From positions 4,477 to 68,476 of the forward strand of contig JAIYEC010000070.1 of assembly GCA_027487145.1 (NCBI GenBank): a stretch of 64,000 nt of DNA. The letters are read 5' to 3'. Source of the stretch: a bacterium (GTDB lineage: Bacteria > Patescibacteriota > Minisyncoccia > Phycocordibacterales > UBA918). The notes under the pieces are model-generated. The model saw only the letters and a list, made by a program, of their open reading frames with translations. It made no database searches and was not told the DNA's origin. The position numbers and the translations under genes are program-made. Every line of letters begins with the position of its first letter. The first letter of the stretch is position 1. Below, piece after piece: positions 1 to 9,385 of the stretch.

Positions 1-1552
1 TATCGTATCGAATATCGCCAAGAGCAAACCAAACGACATCCTCGTGAAGCACTTTAGTGGTACCTATGTCGCTCCTTCCCTTTCGCTCCTAAATAAAGAA
101 AGTGGCAAGGCAAATATTGGAGACGTAAAAGCGAACGCCAACACTATCAAGCGAACCCTCGCTGACTTCGGTATCTCAGTTGAGATGGACGCGGTGGAGA
201 GTGGACCGACTATCACCCGCTATGCACTTAAGCCAGCGCAAGGTGTCCGTATCGCTCGCATCGCTGGACTCCAACAAGAGCTTCAGTTGGCACTGAAGGC
301 TAGCTCGATTCGAGTCGAAGCACCGATTCCAGGAAAGTCGCTCGTGGGTATTGAAGTGCCAAACCAGACGCGGGCTACCGTTGGGCTTGCCTCCCTTCTC
401 GCCACCCCAGAGTACACCGACTCACCTCACCCACTCATTGCTGCGCTTGGAAAAGATGTAACCGGTAACGTACACTTCACCAACATTGCTCGTATGCCAC
501 ACGGACTGATTGCCGGTACCACCGGTTCGGGAAAGTCGGTTACGATTCAAAACATCATCATCTCGCTGCTCTACCGAAACTCTCCTGAACAGCTGCGACT
601 TATCTTGGTCGACCCAAAGCGAGTAGAACTCACTCTCTATAATAAAATCCCTCACCTTCTTACCCCGGTTATCACTGATGCCAAGAAGGCCATCCGCGCG
701 CTCTCATGGGCGGTAAAGGAAATGGAACGACGGTACGACCTTCTTGAAGCTGAACAGGTGCAGAACATCGCCTCATACCACAAAAACATCTACCAGCCGG
801 CCAAGAAGGAGTGGGAGAAGAAAGGCAAGCCAGAGGAGGAACAAATCAATCTGCCTGAAGCTCTCCCCTACATCGTGATTATTCTCGATGAGCTCAACGA
901 CCTCATGCAGGCCTACCCACGTGAACTTGAAGGTTGTATCGTGCGCTTGGCTCAGATGAGTCGTGCGGTAGGTATTCACCTCATCTTGGCTACCCAGCGT
1001 CCGTCGGTGAACGTTATCACCGGTACGATTAAGGCAAACGTACCAACTCGTATTGCGCTGGCGGTAGCCTCTCAGATTGACTCACGGACGATTATCGACA
1101 CGGTTGGGGCTGAGAAGCTCCTAGGAGCCGGAGACATGCTCTACCTCTCAAGTGACTCCCCTCGTCCGTATCGTCTTCAGTCAGCCTTCATCTCAGAAGA
1201 AGAGATTAAGCGCGTGGTGGAATATCTCCGTAATCAAGCCGCCGATACCCTTGAGACACTCGACCTAGATAGTAAAGAAGACTCGGGAGCTGATAGCTTC
1301 ATGCGCTCACTGACCGGAAGTGAAGAAACTGAGGACGACCTCTACGAAGACGCTAAAGCAGCCGTCCTTGAGGCTGGTAAGGCTTCCACCTCATACCTCC
1401 AGCGAAAACTGCGGGTTGGATACTCTCGGGCGGCTAGACTGATTGATCTCTTGGAAGAAAATGGTGTCATTGGTCCACAAGACGGAGCGCGACCACGAGA
1501 AATCCTTGGTAGCGGTGGTGGTGACAGCTCAGAGAGTCGAGACATGGAATAG
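1..1552 (+). CDS. ftsK: DNA translocase FtsK/SpoIIIE (5'-truncated by window edge)
   Basis: Walker A GTTGSGKS, LILVDPKRVEL, LATQRPSV, C-terminal gamma domain (ASTSYLQRKLRVGYSRAARLID); the frame appears open from the window start. Confidence 0.95.
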   Translation, partial: IVSNIAKSKPNDILVKHFSGTYVAPSLSLLNKESGKANIGDVKANANTIKRTLADFGISVEMDAVESGPTITRYALKPAQGVRIARIAGLQQELQLALKASSIRVEAPIPGKSLVGIEVPNQTRATVGLASLLATPEYTDSPHPLIAALGKDVTGNVHFTNIARMPHGLIAGTTGSGKSVTIQNIIISLLYRNSPEQLRLILVDPKRVELTLYNKIPHLLTPVITDAKKAIRALSWAVKEMERRYDLLEAEQVQNIASYHKNIYQPAKKEWEKKGKPEEEQINLPEALPYIVIILDELNDLMQAYPRELEGCIVRLAQMSRAVGIHLILATQRPSVNVITGTIKANVPTRIALAVASQIDSRTIIDTVGAEKLLGAGDMLYLSSDSPRPYRLQSAFISEEEIKRVVEYLRNQAADTLETLDLDSKEDSGADSFMRSLTGSEETEDDLYEDAKAAVLEAGKASTSYLQRKLRVGYSRAARLIDLLEENGVIGPQDGARPREILGSGGGDSSESRDME

Positions 1553-1554
1553 CT

Positions 1555-1935
1555 ATGTACGGTATCTCAGAAAAAGACACCTACCCACTTCGTACCCTCC
1601 TTAAGTACTGGATTATTGCCATCGTAACTCTCCTCATACTGGGGTTTGTGATATTCCAGGCTCGCTTCCTCATCACTGGACCACGAATCGTGCTCGATGA
1701 CCTACCTGAGGGACCATACAATACGCAACAAATAACCATTTCTGGGGGCGCCTATAATATTTCCAGGCTCTGGCTTAATGATCGGCCAATTTATACTGAC
1801 GCCAAAGGGAGGTTTGAAGAGGCTATCGTGCTTGAAAACGGCTATACAGTAGCTACCCTGCGGGCGGAGGATAGATATGGACGAACGACGAGAGTGAGTA
1901 CTCCTTTAGTATATATTCCAGCCAGCCTCAAGTAG
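1555..1935 (+). CDS. Membrane-anchored small protein with Ig-like beta domain
   Basis: N-terminal TM helix, then beta-rich LENGYTVATLRAEDRYG typical of Ig-like modules. Confidence 0.7.
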   Translation: MYGISEKDTYPLRTLLKYWIIAIVTLLILGFVIFQARFLITGPRIVLDDLPEGPYNTQQITISGGAYNISRLWLNDRPIYTDAKGRFEEAIVLENGYTVATLRAEDRYGRTTRVSTPLVYIPASLK

Positions 1936-2040
1936 GGTCTACGCACATGGCACTCTCCATCGGATTGCACTCATTTACATAGACACTATAAAATCTAAAA
2001 TACGGTATACTAGTAGCACTTTAGAATTGTAATTAAACTT

Positions 2041-3177
2041 ATGGCAGCCAAAAAATCTACCACCAAGAAGGCCCCTGTCGTTGCGCGCAAGGCAGGAGAA
2101 AAAAGTGACGTGAACGACATTGCAGAGACCCTACGAAGCATCAAGACTAAGTTCGGCGATGAAGCCATCATGACACTTGATGAAACTAAGAAGGTTGATG
2201 TTGAGTCGGTGTCTTCTGGATCAATCGGTCTTGATGATGCCCTTGGTATCGGCGGATACCCACGCGGACGTATTATCGAAATCTTTGGTCCTGAATCTTC
2301 AGGTAAGACTACCCTTTCCCTTCATGCTGTAGCTGAGGCGCAAAAGGCTGGCGGTATCTGTGCGTTTATCGACGCAGAACACGCCATGGATCCAGAGTAC
2401 GCTCGCAAGCTTGGAGTAAAACTCGATGAGCTGCTTATCTCTCAGCCAGACAATGGTGAGCAAGCACTCGAAATCGTTGAATCACTCGTCCGTACGGGAA
2501 AGATCGATGTGATTGTGATTGACTCAGTGGCTGCCCTTACCCCACGAGATGAGATTGAAGGTGAAATGGGAGCGCACCACGTAGGAAAGCAAGCTCGTCT
2601 TATGAGCCAGGCACTGCGAAAACTCACTGGTATTGTGTCTAAGTCTAAGACCGTGATTATCTTCATCAACCAAATCCGTATGCAGGTTGGCGTAATGTTT
2701 GGTAACCCAGAAACAACTCCCGGCGGAAAGGCACTAAAGTTCTACACCTCAGTCCGTCTTGATATTCGTCGTATTGCCCAAATTAAGAAAGGTGAAGAAG
2801 TGGTTGGTGGTCGCCACCGAGTGAAGGTGGTAAAGAACAAGGTAGCTCCCCCATTTAGGGCGACTGAGTTTGACGTCCTCTACGGTGAAGGTATTTCAAT
2901 TGAAGGTGAACTCCTCGCGCTTGGTGAGAAGTACAAGATGGTTCGAAAAAGCGGCGCATCATACACCTACCTCCCTCCTGGCGGTGATGAATCAACTGAA
3001 GTGAAGCTTGGTCGTGGGTATGATGCTGCACGTACCACCATTCGTGGCGATAAGAAGCTCAAGACTGAACTCCTTAAAAACATTCGTAAATGTCTTAAAG
3101 ATGAAGCAGCGAGCGGTGGCTACACCGCTGCAGTAGCATCGGCGAGCGCTGATGATGAGGTAGAGCCAGCTGAGTAA
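2041..3177 (+). CDS. recA: Recombinase RecA
   Basis: [39 protein letters not shown] motifs. Confidence 0.99.
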   Translation: MAAKKSTTKKAPVVARKAGEKSDVNDIAETLRSIKTKFGDEAIMTLDETKKVDVESVSSGSIGLDDALGIGGYPRGRIIEIFGPESSGKTTLSLHAVAEAQKAGGICAFIDAEHAMDPEYARKLGVKLDELLISQPDNGEQALEIVESLVRTGKIDVIVIDSVAALTPRDEIEGEMGAHHVGKQARLMSQALRKLTGIVSKSKTVIIFINQIRMQVGVMFGNPETTPGGKALKFYTSVRLDIRRIAQIKKGEEVVGGRHRVKVVKNKVAPPFRATEFDVLYGEGISIEGELLALGEKYKMVRKSGASYTYLPPGGDESTEVKLGRGYDAARTTIRGDKKLKTELLKNIRKCLKDEAASGGYTAAVASASADDEVEPAE

Positions 3178-3189
3178 CCTGTTCAAAAG

Positions 3190-3223
3190 AAAACCGCCGG
3201 GACCATGGTCCCGGCGGTTTTTT
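3190..3223. terminator. Bidirectional intrinsic terminator after recA
   Basis: AAAACCGCCGGGACC-AT-GGTCCCGGCGGTTTT perfect inverted repeat between convergent genes. Confidence 0.85.
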
Positions 3224-3231
3224 AGCTTTAT

Positions 3232-3573
3232 TTAGGTAGTTTGCATTTTTCTTAGTGACAGTAGGACAGGTAAAGCCTTGGCAATGAAAGAAATACTGAG
3301 ACCAATCATGAATACTGATACGAGGACGGTGAGTACCTCTCCCCCATTTAGCGCATTTACGAAAGCATGAAAGACAAAATCTGGAGTACTTGAAAGTGGT
3401 ACGGAGCTCACGTTGTGAGAAATGGCGGCGACATGTGTCAGACGCCCGAACAAAGCAATTGAAGCACCGAGCAACACTCCCTGCCAAAGAGCGGCTGAGG
3501 TGGCGATGCTAATGGCGTACGAATAGTACACGCGGCGCATAATTTTATTTTTAACTGTATTTGTTGTGCTCAT
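3232..3573 (-). CDS. Small membrane protein, possible anti-sigma partner
   Basis: 113 aa, two hydrophobic segments, co-oriented downstream of the ECF sigma; partner role is inference. Confidence 0.65.
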   Translation of the reverse strand: MSTTNTVKNKIMRRVYYSYAISIATSAALWQGVLLGASIALFGRLTHVAAISHNVSSVPLSSTPDFVFHAFVNALNGGEVLTVLVSVFMIGLSISFIAKALPVLLSLRKMQTT

Positions 3574-3602
3574 AAGATTTTGTGATGTTTTAATATTTGT
3601 GC

Positions 3603-3690
3603 GTCCAGCAATTTTTGACAGGAAAGAGTCAAAAATTGGGACGTAAATTCAGAATAATCGCTACGCTCATTTCTTCATTTATGCCATACG
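3603..3690. repeat. Dispersed structured intergenic element, copy E1
   Basis: GTCC..CAATTTTTGAC/GTCAAAAATTG..GGAC hairpin plus AATAATC-GCTACGC-TCATTTCTTCA module; aligns with 33180-33257. Confidence 0.75.
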
Positions 3691-3728
3691 GTTATTATTA
3701 CACCGATTGAGATAAAAAGGTTACGAAT

Positions 3729-3855
3729 CTATAGCGCCAGGAAATCTGTGAAGTGCAAGGCGTGGGAGGAACTTGGCATGAGTCGTACTTGGTGTACGGT
3801 GAATGACAAGTTACTGAACCACAACGAAGCAATTTGCGATTTCCTGGCGCTATAG
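3729..3855. repeat. Long hairpin / MITE-like element with 18-bp terminal inverted repeats
   Basis: CTATAGCGCCAGGAAATC (3729-3746) is the exact reverse complement of 3838-3855; nested imperfect stems inside. Confidence 0.75.
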
Positions 3856-4440
3856 CAATGCTTCGGCCTCCCCATCCTTACTCTCCTTCTTAAAAGCTGC
3901 CTTGGCTCGGTGAATACGGGCTTTAATGGTACCGACATTCTCCCCTGTCTCAGATGCAATATCTTCTTGGCTCCAGCGCTCGAGGTAATGAAGACGAAGG
4001 ACATAGGCGAGATGTTCTGGTAAACGCTCGAGGATTCTCTCTATACCATCTCGCTTTTCGGCAAAGCCACTGTGTTCTTTCATCTCACCGATAAATTGTT
4101 CAAACTCAGGATCAATAGCGGTAAAGCGCTGCCCTTCTTTAATGAGCTTTTGGTAGCGCGTGAAAGCCGTGTTCATAAGGATACGGTAGGCCCAAGAAGA
4201 GAACTTGGCGCCTGACTGTGGTTCGTACTTGTCAGCGTAGACGTATATTTTGGTAAACGCGTCTTGTACAATCTCCTCGGCATCGCGAGGATCATGAACA
4301 ATCCCTTTGGCCTTACGCAGAAACGGCTCTTGGTACCGATCGACTAACACTGAGAAAAGCCATGGTTGCGCCCGAGACACCATGAGAATCTGTTCATCTT
4401 CCCAATCTTGGATATCTGCTAATGAATTTACGCCAAACAT
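3850..4440 (-). CDS. ECF-type sigma-70 factor
   Basis: Region 2 (DAEEIVQDAF..FSSWAYRI) and region 4 (SQEDIA..VGTIKARIHRAK). Confidence 0.93.
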   Translation of the reverse strand: MFGVNSLADIQDWEDEQILMVSRAQPWLFSVLVDRYQEPFLRKAKGIVHDPRDAEEIVQDAFTKIYVYADKYEPQSGAKFSSWAYRILMNTAFTRYQKLIKEGQRFTAIDPEFEQFIGEMKEHSGFAEKRDGIERILERLPEHLAYVLRLHYLERWSQEDIASETGENVGTIKARIHRAKAAFKKESKDGEAEALL

Positions 4441-4570
4441 ATGTTTTATAGTATCACCCTAATGAATTAATAGTAGTTTTACGTTTCATAGTAAATCTGC
4501 TATAAATAGTCACTTGATTAGTATTTATTTAATTGAGCAGCAAGACAAGGGGTGGTCATTACGACCTCCT

Positions 4571-4670
4571 TTACAGCTCGCCACCGCTGGATTCTCCCTT
4601 AGGAGGGGTCGGATCCAGCGAGGCGCCTGTATATTTTCGAAATAGTCGAGCTTCGCTCTCCTTTTCTCAA
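4571..4670. repeat. Dispersed structured intergenic element, copy E2
   Basis: TACAGCTCGC..CGCTGGAT/ATCCAGCG..GCGCCTGTATA..AATAGTC-GAGCTTCGCTC; aligns with the reverse complement of 35175-35272. Confidence 0.75.
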
Positions 4671-4672
4671 AC

Positions 4673-5248
4673 ATGGCCGTCTTATCTTATAACGAAATAA
4701 CTCTTAAGAAAGTGATCCTTCACGAAGGTGAGCCATATCTTGTAGTAGCATCTCACGTATTCCGCAAACAACAGCGAAAGCCGGTTAATATCACCAAATT
4801 AAAAGGTTTGAAGTCTGGTCGAGTACTTGAAGTCACCTTCCATCAAAACGAAACGGTTGAAGAAGCTGATATGGAAACTCGAACAGTGACTTTTATCTAC
4901 CGTAAGCCGGGCGAATATTGGTTCCATACTGCCGGAAAAGCGGCTGAGCGGTTTGCACTCTCTGAAGAGCTGGTTGGTGACCAAGGACGCTTCCTGAAAG
5001 AACGTACTGACATCGACGCGATTGTTTTTGATGATGAAGTGATTGGCCTTAAGATGCCGATTAAGATGGAACTCAAGGTAAAAGAAGCGATGGACGCGGT
5101 AAAGGGCAATACTTCAAGTGGCGCCTTAAAAGAAGTTACGCTGGAGACTGGCGCAACGATTATGGCTCCGATGTTCATTAATGCCGGTGACATCATTAGT
5201 GTTAATACCGAAACAGGAGATTACTCAGAACGAATTGAGAAAGCATAA
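4673..5248 (+). CDS. efp: Elongation factor P
   Basis: Three-domain EF-P pattern, KGNTSSGALKEVTLETG..PMFINAGD..VNTETGDYSER. Confidence 0.95.
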   Translation: MAVLSYNEITLKKVILHEGEPYLVVASHVFRKQQRKPVNITKLKGLKSGRVLEVTFHQNETVEEADMETRTVTFIYRKPGEYWFHTAGKAAERFALSEELVGDQGRFLKERTDIDAIVFDDEVIGLKMPIKMELKVKEAMDAVKGNTSSGALKEVTLETGATIMAPMFINAGDIISVNTETGDYSERIEKA

Positions 5249-5262
5249 TAACTTATATAGTG

Positions 5263-5293
5263 AAAGGCCGCGCGGTATAGCGCGGCCTTTTTT
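5263..5293. terminator. Intrinsic terminator after efp
   Basis: AAAGGCCGCGC-loop-GCGCGGCCTTTTTT. Confidence 0.85.
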
Positions 5294-5314
5294 GCAGAAA
5301 GGAAAATGAATCTG

Positions 5315-5467
5315 TTATGGGAACAAATTGATTTTCCCTTCCACTTCAAGAACATAAAGAATGAACGCCTCCACTCCGAAAATAAAGATTGAAATACCTA
5401 TCTGAATAGCCCAAAATTGCCAGTCAGGATTACTCTTACTGAAGATATTTTTAAACTTATTTCTCAC
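5315..5467 (-). CDS. 50-aa single-TM microprotein (MRNKFKNIFSKSNPDWQFWAIQIGISIFIFGVEAFILYVLEV...)
   Basis: Hand-translated; GTG start preceded by AAGGAG; one hydrophobic segment. Confidence 0.5.
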   Translation of the reverse strand: MRNKFKNIFSKSNPDWQFWAIQIGISIFIFGVEAFILYVLEVEGKINLFP

Positions 5468-5568
5468 AAGAATCTCCTTCCGGCAAGAATTTAAACAAAT
5501 TTTATATTTAAAGTCAAAAAGGGCCGGCGCGATAGCGCCGGCTTTTCTTTTACCTCATGTCCTTGTTT

Positions 5569-5778
5569 TCACCACCAGGGCCCACAGCTCTCAAAAATGA
5601 GAATACTCGCTAGGGTGGTAACGACCACAATGAGGATCACCCACCCAAACACGGACATTCTTCGATTATCCCCGTCTCTTTCCCTCTCCTCTATAGCAAG
5701 AATTTCTGGCGGTATCTCTATCTTAGAAAATCGATCTCTTTCGCGAAGATAAAAGACGTTGGTTTCATTATCAGACAC
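5569..5778 (-). CDS. 69-aa tail-anchored membrane microprotein
   Basis: GGAGGGGAG SD before GTG; C-terminal hydrophobic stretch; terminator hairpin at ~5516-5550. Confidence 0.55.
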   Translation of the reverse strand: MSDNETNVFYLRERDRFSKIEIPPEILAIEERERDGDNRRMSVFGWVILIVVVTTLASILIFESCGPWW

Positions 5779-5791
5779 GACACTCCCCTCC

Positions 5792-5914
5792 TCAAATGAG
5801 TCGTATGAATAAAATGATAACAGACGCCAAGACGATACCCGGAATCGCGATGACTTCCGGATACAGCTTTGTGGTGCTGGCAGGCTCGAAATCAGGCGGT
5901 TTTTGGAACTCCAT
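5792..5914 (-). CDS. 40-aa single-TM microprotein (MEFQKPPDFEPASTTKLYPEVIAIPGIVLASVIILFIRLI)
   Basis: Hand-translated; GGGAGAG upstream; its stop abuts the SD of the next ORF. Confidence 0.5.
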   Translation of the reverse strand: MEFQKPPDFEPASTTKLYPEVIAIPGIVLASVIILFIRLI

Positions 5915-5956
5915 GGTCACTCTCCCTTCTCCATAATTAGGGTAGCATGCTGTGAG

Positions 5957-6003
5957 AAAAAGAAAAGAGCGGACACCAAAGGTGTCCGCTCTTTTCTTTT
6001 TTT
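5957..6003 (-). terminator. Terminator of rpsF-ssb-rpsR
   Basis: AAAAAGAAAAGAGCGGACACC-AAA-GGTGTCCGCTCTTTTCTTTTT. Confidence 0.85.
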
Positions 6004-6005
6004 GA

Positions 6006-6206
6006 TTAGTGCTTGATGTATGGCATGAGGGCCATGAAGCGTGCTCGCTTGATAGCGGTTGCGAAGTTTCGCTGTCCCTTGGCTGTCATACGAGTACGAC
6101 GACGGCTCATCATACGAGCGTGTGGGTTCACATGAGCTCCAAGACGAACGATGTCTTTGTAGTCGATGTGATTGTTTAGGGTAGAAGTTTTAGTTGTTTC
6201 TGTCAT
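6006..6206 (-). CDS. rpsR: 30S ribosomal protein S18 (no Zn-ligand cysteines)
   Basis: IDYKD..RRRT..QR..AIKRARFMALMPY; rpsF-ssb-rpsR synteny. Confidence 0.95.
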   Translation of the reverse strand: MTETTKTSTLNNHIDYKDIVRLGAHVNPHARMMSRRRTRMTAKGQRNFATAIKRARFMALMPYIKH

Positions 6207-6241
6207 ATAGGTTTTTAGGTTTCTAGTAAAAATATTTCAGA

Positions 6242-6366
6242 TTTCTAGAGTAAAGATGACCAAGATACGCGGAGCGGAAGCAAAATAATCTGAATGGGAC
6301 CAAAGTCCAGTGAAGGTTATTTTGCGTACTGCGACAAAGTAGATTGGTTATATTTTACTCTAGAAA
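6242..6366. repeat. Long hairpin / MITE-like element between ssb and rpsR
   Basis: TTTCTAGAGTAAA (6242-6254) pairs with TTTACTCTAGAAA (6354-6366); inner stems GCAAAATAATC/GGTTATTTTGC and GGAC-CAAA-GTCC. Confidence 0.7.
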
Positions 6367-6803
6367 GGGATGTCCTCGGGGTTAATTTCTTCTTCTGGAT
6401 AGTCAGGAAGCGCCGGAGCTCGGTTATCATCCTGTGGGTTGTTCCCAACCGGAGCAGGACTTGGAGCGCCACCGCCACTACTCTTTGGACCAAATTGTAC
6501 TCGATCAGCTACGATTTCAGTGCGGTACTGCTTCTGGCCATCCTTGTCCCAACTACGAGTCTGGAGACGACCTTCTACGTATACACCGCTTCCCTTAGTA
6601 AGCCACTTGGCTGACGTTTCAGCCTGCTTTCCGAATACCACGACATTGTGATAATCAGTGTTCTCCTGTCGCTTGCCATCACGGTCTACATAGACACGAT
6701 TAGTTGCAATTGAAAGTGAACATACTTGCATCCCGCTTGGGAGGGCTTTCATTTCGGGATCACGGGTGAGGTTCCCGTACACCATAGCTTTATTGAGGTA
6801 CAT
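6360..6803 (-). CDS. ssb: Single-stranded DNA-binding protein
   Basis: NKAMVYGNLTRDPE, VEGRLQTRSW, acidic C-tail EDIPF. Confidence 0.98.
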   Translation of the reverse strand: MYLNKAMVYGNLTRDPEMKALPSGMQVCSLSIATNRVYVDRDGKRQENTDYHNVVVFGKQAETSAKWLTKGSGVYVEGRLQTRSWDKDGQKQYRTEIVADRVQFGPKSSGGGAPSPAPVGNNPQDDNRAPALPDYPEEEINPEDIPF

Positions 6804-6832
6804 AAGAAGAGAAATTAGTTAGTATGAAGAGA

Positions 6833-7357
6833 TTATACCGTTTCTTCTTCAGTGTCGCCATCTTGAGCAACCACCTCAGTTTCTTCAGCTTCTCCTTCTT
6901 CTACGGCTACCTCAGCTACTTCTTCAAGGACAATTGTTTCTACCTTTCGATCTGCAATTGCAGGGTGGAAAAGAAACGGATTAGCTTCTTCTACCTTGGT
7001 GAGACGGATGATGAGGTGACGAAGGATTTCCTTTGTTCCCTCAACTGACTCGGTAATTTCAGCAATTTTGTCTGGAGTAACGGTAAAACGGACCCAGCCG
7101 AAGTACGCGCTACTAAACTTTCGGTTACGACCTTCAAGGAATTTTACGATTTCGTACGCAAGATCGAATCGAGCTGGCGCTTCCTCTGAAGTAACCTGGC
7201 CACCAACTGTGGTGATAGCTGCTTTGATACGGCCAAAGACGGCTGACACTTCCCCTTCAGCAACCGTTGGAAGTACGTGGAAGGCTAGTTCGTAGGACAT
7301 GAGATCTTTCTCAACTCCTGCGACAGCCTCGGCTGCTGGCATATTTGTATCTGTCAT
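6833..7357 (-). CDS. rpsF: 30S ribosomal protein S6 with acidic tail
   Basis: YELAF..LAYEI..ILRHLII pattern; position upstream of ssb. Confidence 0.9.
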   Translation of the reverse strand: MTDTNMPAAEAVAGVEKDLMSYELAFHVLPTVAEGEVSAVFGRIKAAITTVGGQVTSEEAPARFDLAYEIVKFLEGRNRKFSSAYFGWVRFTVTPDKIAEITESVEGTKEILRHLIIRLTKVEEANPFLFHPAIADRKVETIVLEEVAEVAVEEGEAEETEVVAQDGDTEEETV

Positions 7358-7461
7358 TATGTTTTGTTTATGGCGGGCGAACCCTCCAACTTGTAACGGG
7401 CCAAATCTACCACAAATACCAACCTATATCAAGGTTTTTGAACGTGGTACACTTATGGTGT

Positions 7462-8382
7462 ATGAAGCGTGTATCAGTTAGTTCTCGCAATAGCATAATT
7501 GTCCTTTTATCGGCCCTTTTAGCCCTTTTAGCCTTCGTTTTGTGGCGGCAAGACGATCTCCAGCAAGCCAGAATAAACGCACTTGAAGCAGAACGAGATA
7601 CTCTCAAAACTGAGCTAGCTTCAAGTACTGTTGCTGCAAGTAGCACCATTACAGCGCTTCAAGCAGAGCTTTTTACCCTTAAAGAGGAGTATGGTCTCTT
7701 AAGTGAAGACTACTCTGGTGAACTTGATCGAAACAATGACTTCCAAAAGCAAATCAGGACCATCAGTCGGACTGTCGGCGTGCTCGATAAGCTCTCAAAA
7801 ACAGATGAAGAGCTTTTGCAAAAGTACTCAAAAGTATACTTCTTAAATGAACACTACGTGCCTGAGTCTCTCGCACAAATTGAGAACGAATGGAAATACA
7901 CTGAGACAAAAGATTTGAAGCTCCACTCAAAGGTAATCCCCTTTTTCAATGATATGGTAAAAGACGCCAAAGCTGACGGGGTTGATTTGTGGGTAGTGTC
8001 TGCCTACCGATCATTTGGTGATCAGGCGGTGCTTAAGGGTCAATACCTGACTACATATGGTAGTGGAGCCAATGCCTTCTCGGCCGATCAAGGCTTCTCT
8101 GAACATCAACTTGGGACAACTCTCGACTTTACTACAAAAGGTCTCGGGGGTGGACTTGAAGGGTTTGGCGACACCCCAGCCTTTTTGTGGCTGAAAGAAA
8201 ATGCTCATAAGTACGGCTTTGTCATGTCTTACCCGCCAAATAACTCCTTCTACCAATACGAACCTTGGCACTGGCGGTTTGTTGGCCAAAAGCTAGCCAA
8301 AGACATGCATAGTAGTGGTGCCTTCTTCTACGACTGGGACCAGCGAAAGATTGATGGGTATCTGGTGAATATATTCGATTAG
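7462..8382 (+). CDS. M15B (VanY-like) D,D-carboxypeptidase with N-terminal TM and coiled coil
   Basis: SAYRSFGDQ, SEHQLGTTLD, YEPWHWRFVG; start set at ATG 7462 after a TACACT -10. Confidence 0.9.
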   Translation: MKRVSVSSRNSIIVLLSALLALLAFVLWRQDDLQQARINALEAERDTLKTELASSTVAASSTITALQAELFTLKEEYGLLSEDYSGELDRNNDFQKQIRTISRTVGVLDKLSKTDEELLQKYSKVYFLNEHYVPESLAQIENEWKYTETKDLKLHSKVIPFFNDMVKDAKADGVDLWVVSAYRSFGDQAVLKGQYLTTYGSGANAFSADQGFSEHQLGTTLDFTTKGLGGGLEGFGDTPAFLWLKENAHKYGFVMSYPPNNSFYQYEPWHWRFVGQKLAKDMHSSGAFFYDWDQRKIDGYLVNIFD

Positions 8383-8422
8383 CACATATAAATAGCCGGG
8401 ACGCAAAGCGTCCCGGCTTCTT

Positions 8423-8704
8423 TCATCCTGCAAAATCAACCTCATCGCGGTAACGAATGGCGTCATCTGGTTCAGCATAGTCATACCAAAGACAATGATC
8501 AGTTGGATCCTCGCTGTCACAATAAGCACATTCGCCTTCCGGACAGAGATCTTCCCCCCATACCACATACCGTCCATCGAGACGCTGTATCATGTGTGGA
8601 CCATCATGTCCTTCCGGACGCATGCAGGGTAAGGAGAGTTTACTCTCGGGTGAACTGTCGAGAACGTCGGTTCTACATACCAAAATTCCACACGTCTTCG
8701 TCAT
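8423..8704 (-). CDS. Cys/His-rich small protein, probable metal-binding
   Basis: CMRPEGHDGPH and CPEGECAYC..HC motifs; GAGGAG SD. Confidence 0.6.
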   Translation of the reverse strand: MTKTCGILVCRTDVLDSSPESKLSLPCMRPEGHDGPHMIQRLDGRYVVWGEDLCPEGECAYCDSEDPTDHCLWYDYAEPDDAIRYRDEVDFAG

Positions 8705-8715
8705 CACAGTTCTCC

Positions 8716-8877
8716 TCACAAAGGTTGGCCAAACCTGTCTCGAACAAGTGCGCCTGCTTCATCGACATAGTATCCTCTGTCGTTACAGAAACGTACACCT
8801 TGTTTTTTTGCTGCCTCTTGATTGGTAAAGTATTGCGGCGAAAAGTCTGGATCTAACTCTGTTTTAGGTTCAGACAT
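8716..8877 (-). CDS. 53-aa hypothetical protein (MSEPKTELDPDFSPQYFTNQEAAKKQGVRFCNDRGYYVDEAG...)
   Basis: Hand-translated; GGAAGG upstream; its stop overlaps the SD of the next ORF. Confidence 0.5.
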   Translation of the reverse strand: MSEPKTELDPDFSPQYFTNQEAAKKQGVRFCNDRGYYVDEAGALVRDRFGQPL

Positions 8878-8925
8878 AAAAACCTTCCTTTCTTATTTTA
8901 CCCTATCAAGAAAGAACGACGCTGG

Positions 8926-9368
8926 CTATAGCCAGCGTCGTAAATGGGCAATCGCATATTTAAGAGCTTTTAAATCTCCCCACGCTATCGCCCGATTGAT
9001 CGGACCGCCGGTATAATCACGAACCAAAACAAAAGCAATGCCGTGTTTTTTACAAAGTTTGCGCTTTTTTCAATACGGTCCGTTGCTCGGGCGCAAAACT
9101 CTTCCAACTGAGCAGCAGAAGGTTTGTGGAATTTTCGATACATTCTAACGCCTCGCTGCGTTACCTGTACTGGAAATATCTGACTATCTCTAGGCATTTT
9201 CACCCAGAAGTCTATTCCACCAGAGTCTTCTCGTCTGGTTGCTGGTATGACATACCCTCGTCTCATTTTGAGATTGTTGCGACTTCGACTCAATCGAAAG
9301 CCGTGGTAAAGCAACGACGAAACAAAAATTGACTCCCGTTGAGGGAGCTTTCGATGAATACTCATCAC
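8926..9368 (-). pseudogene. PD-(D/E)xK-like nuclease-fold protein, frameshifted at an A6 run
   Basis: EDSGGIDFWV..PVQVT core; adding one A at 9065-9070 continues as KKRKLCKKHGIAFVLVRD..RRWL* ending at 8926 inside a terminator. Confidence 0.55.
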
Positions 9369-9385
9369 TCCCTCCAGAAATCTAA

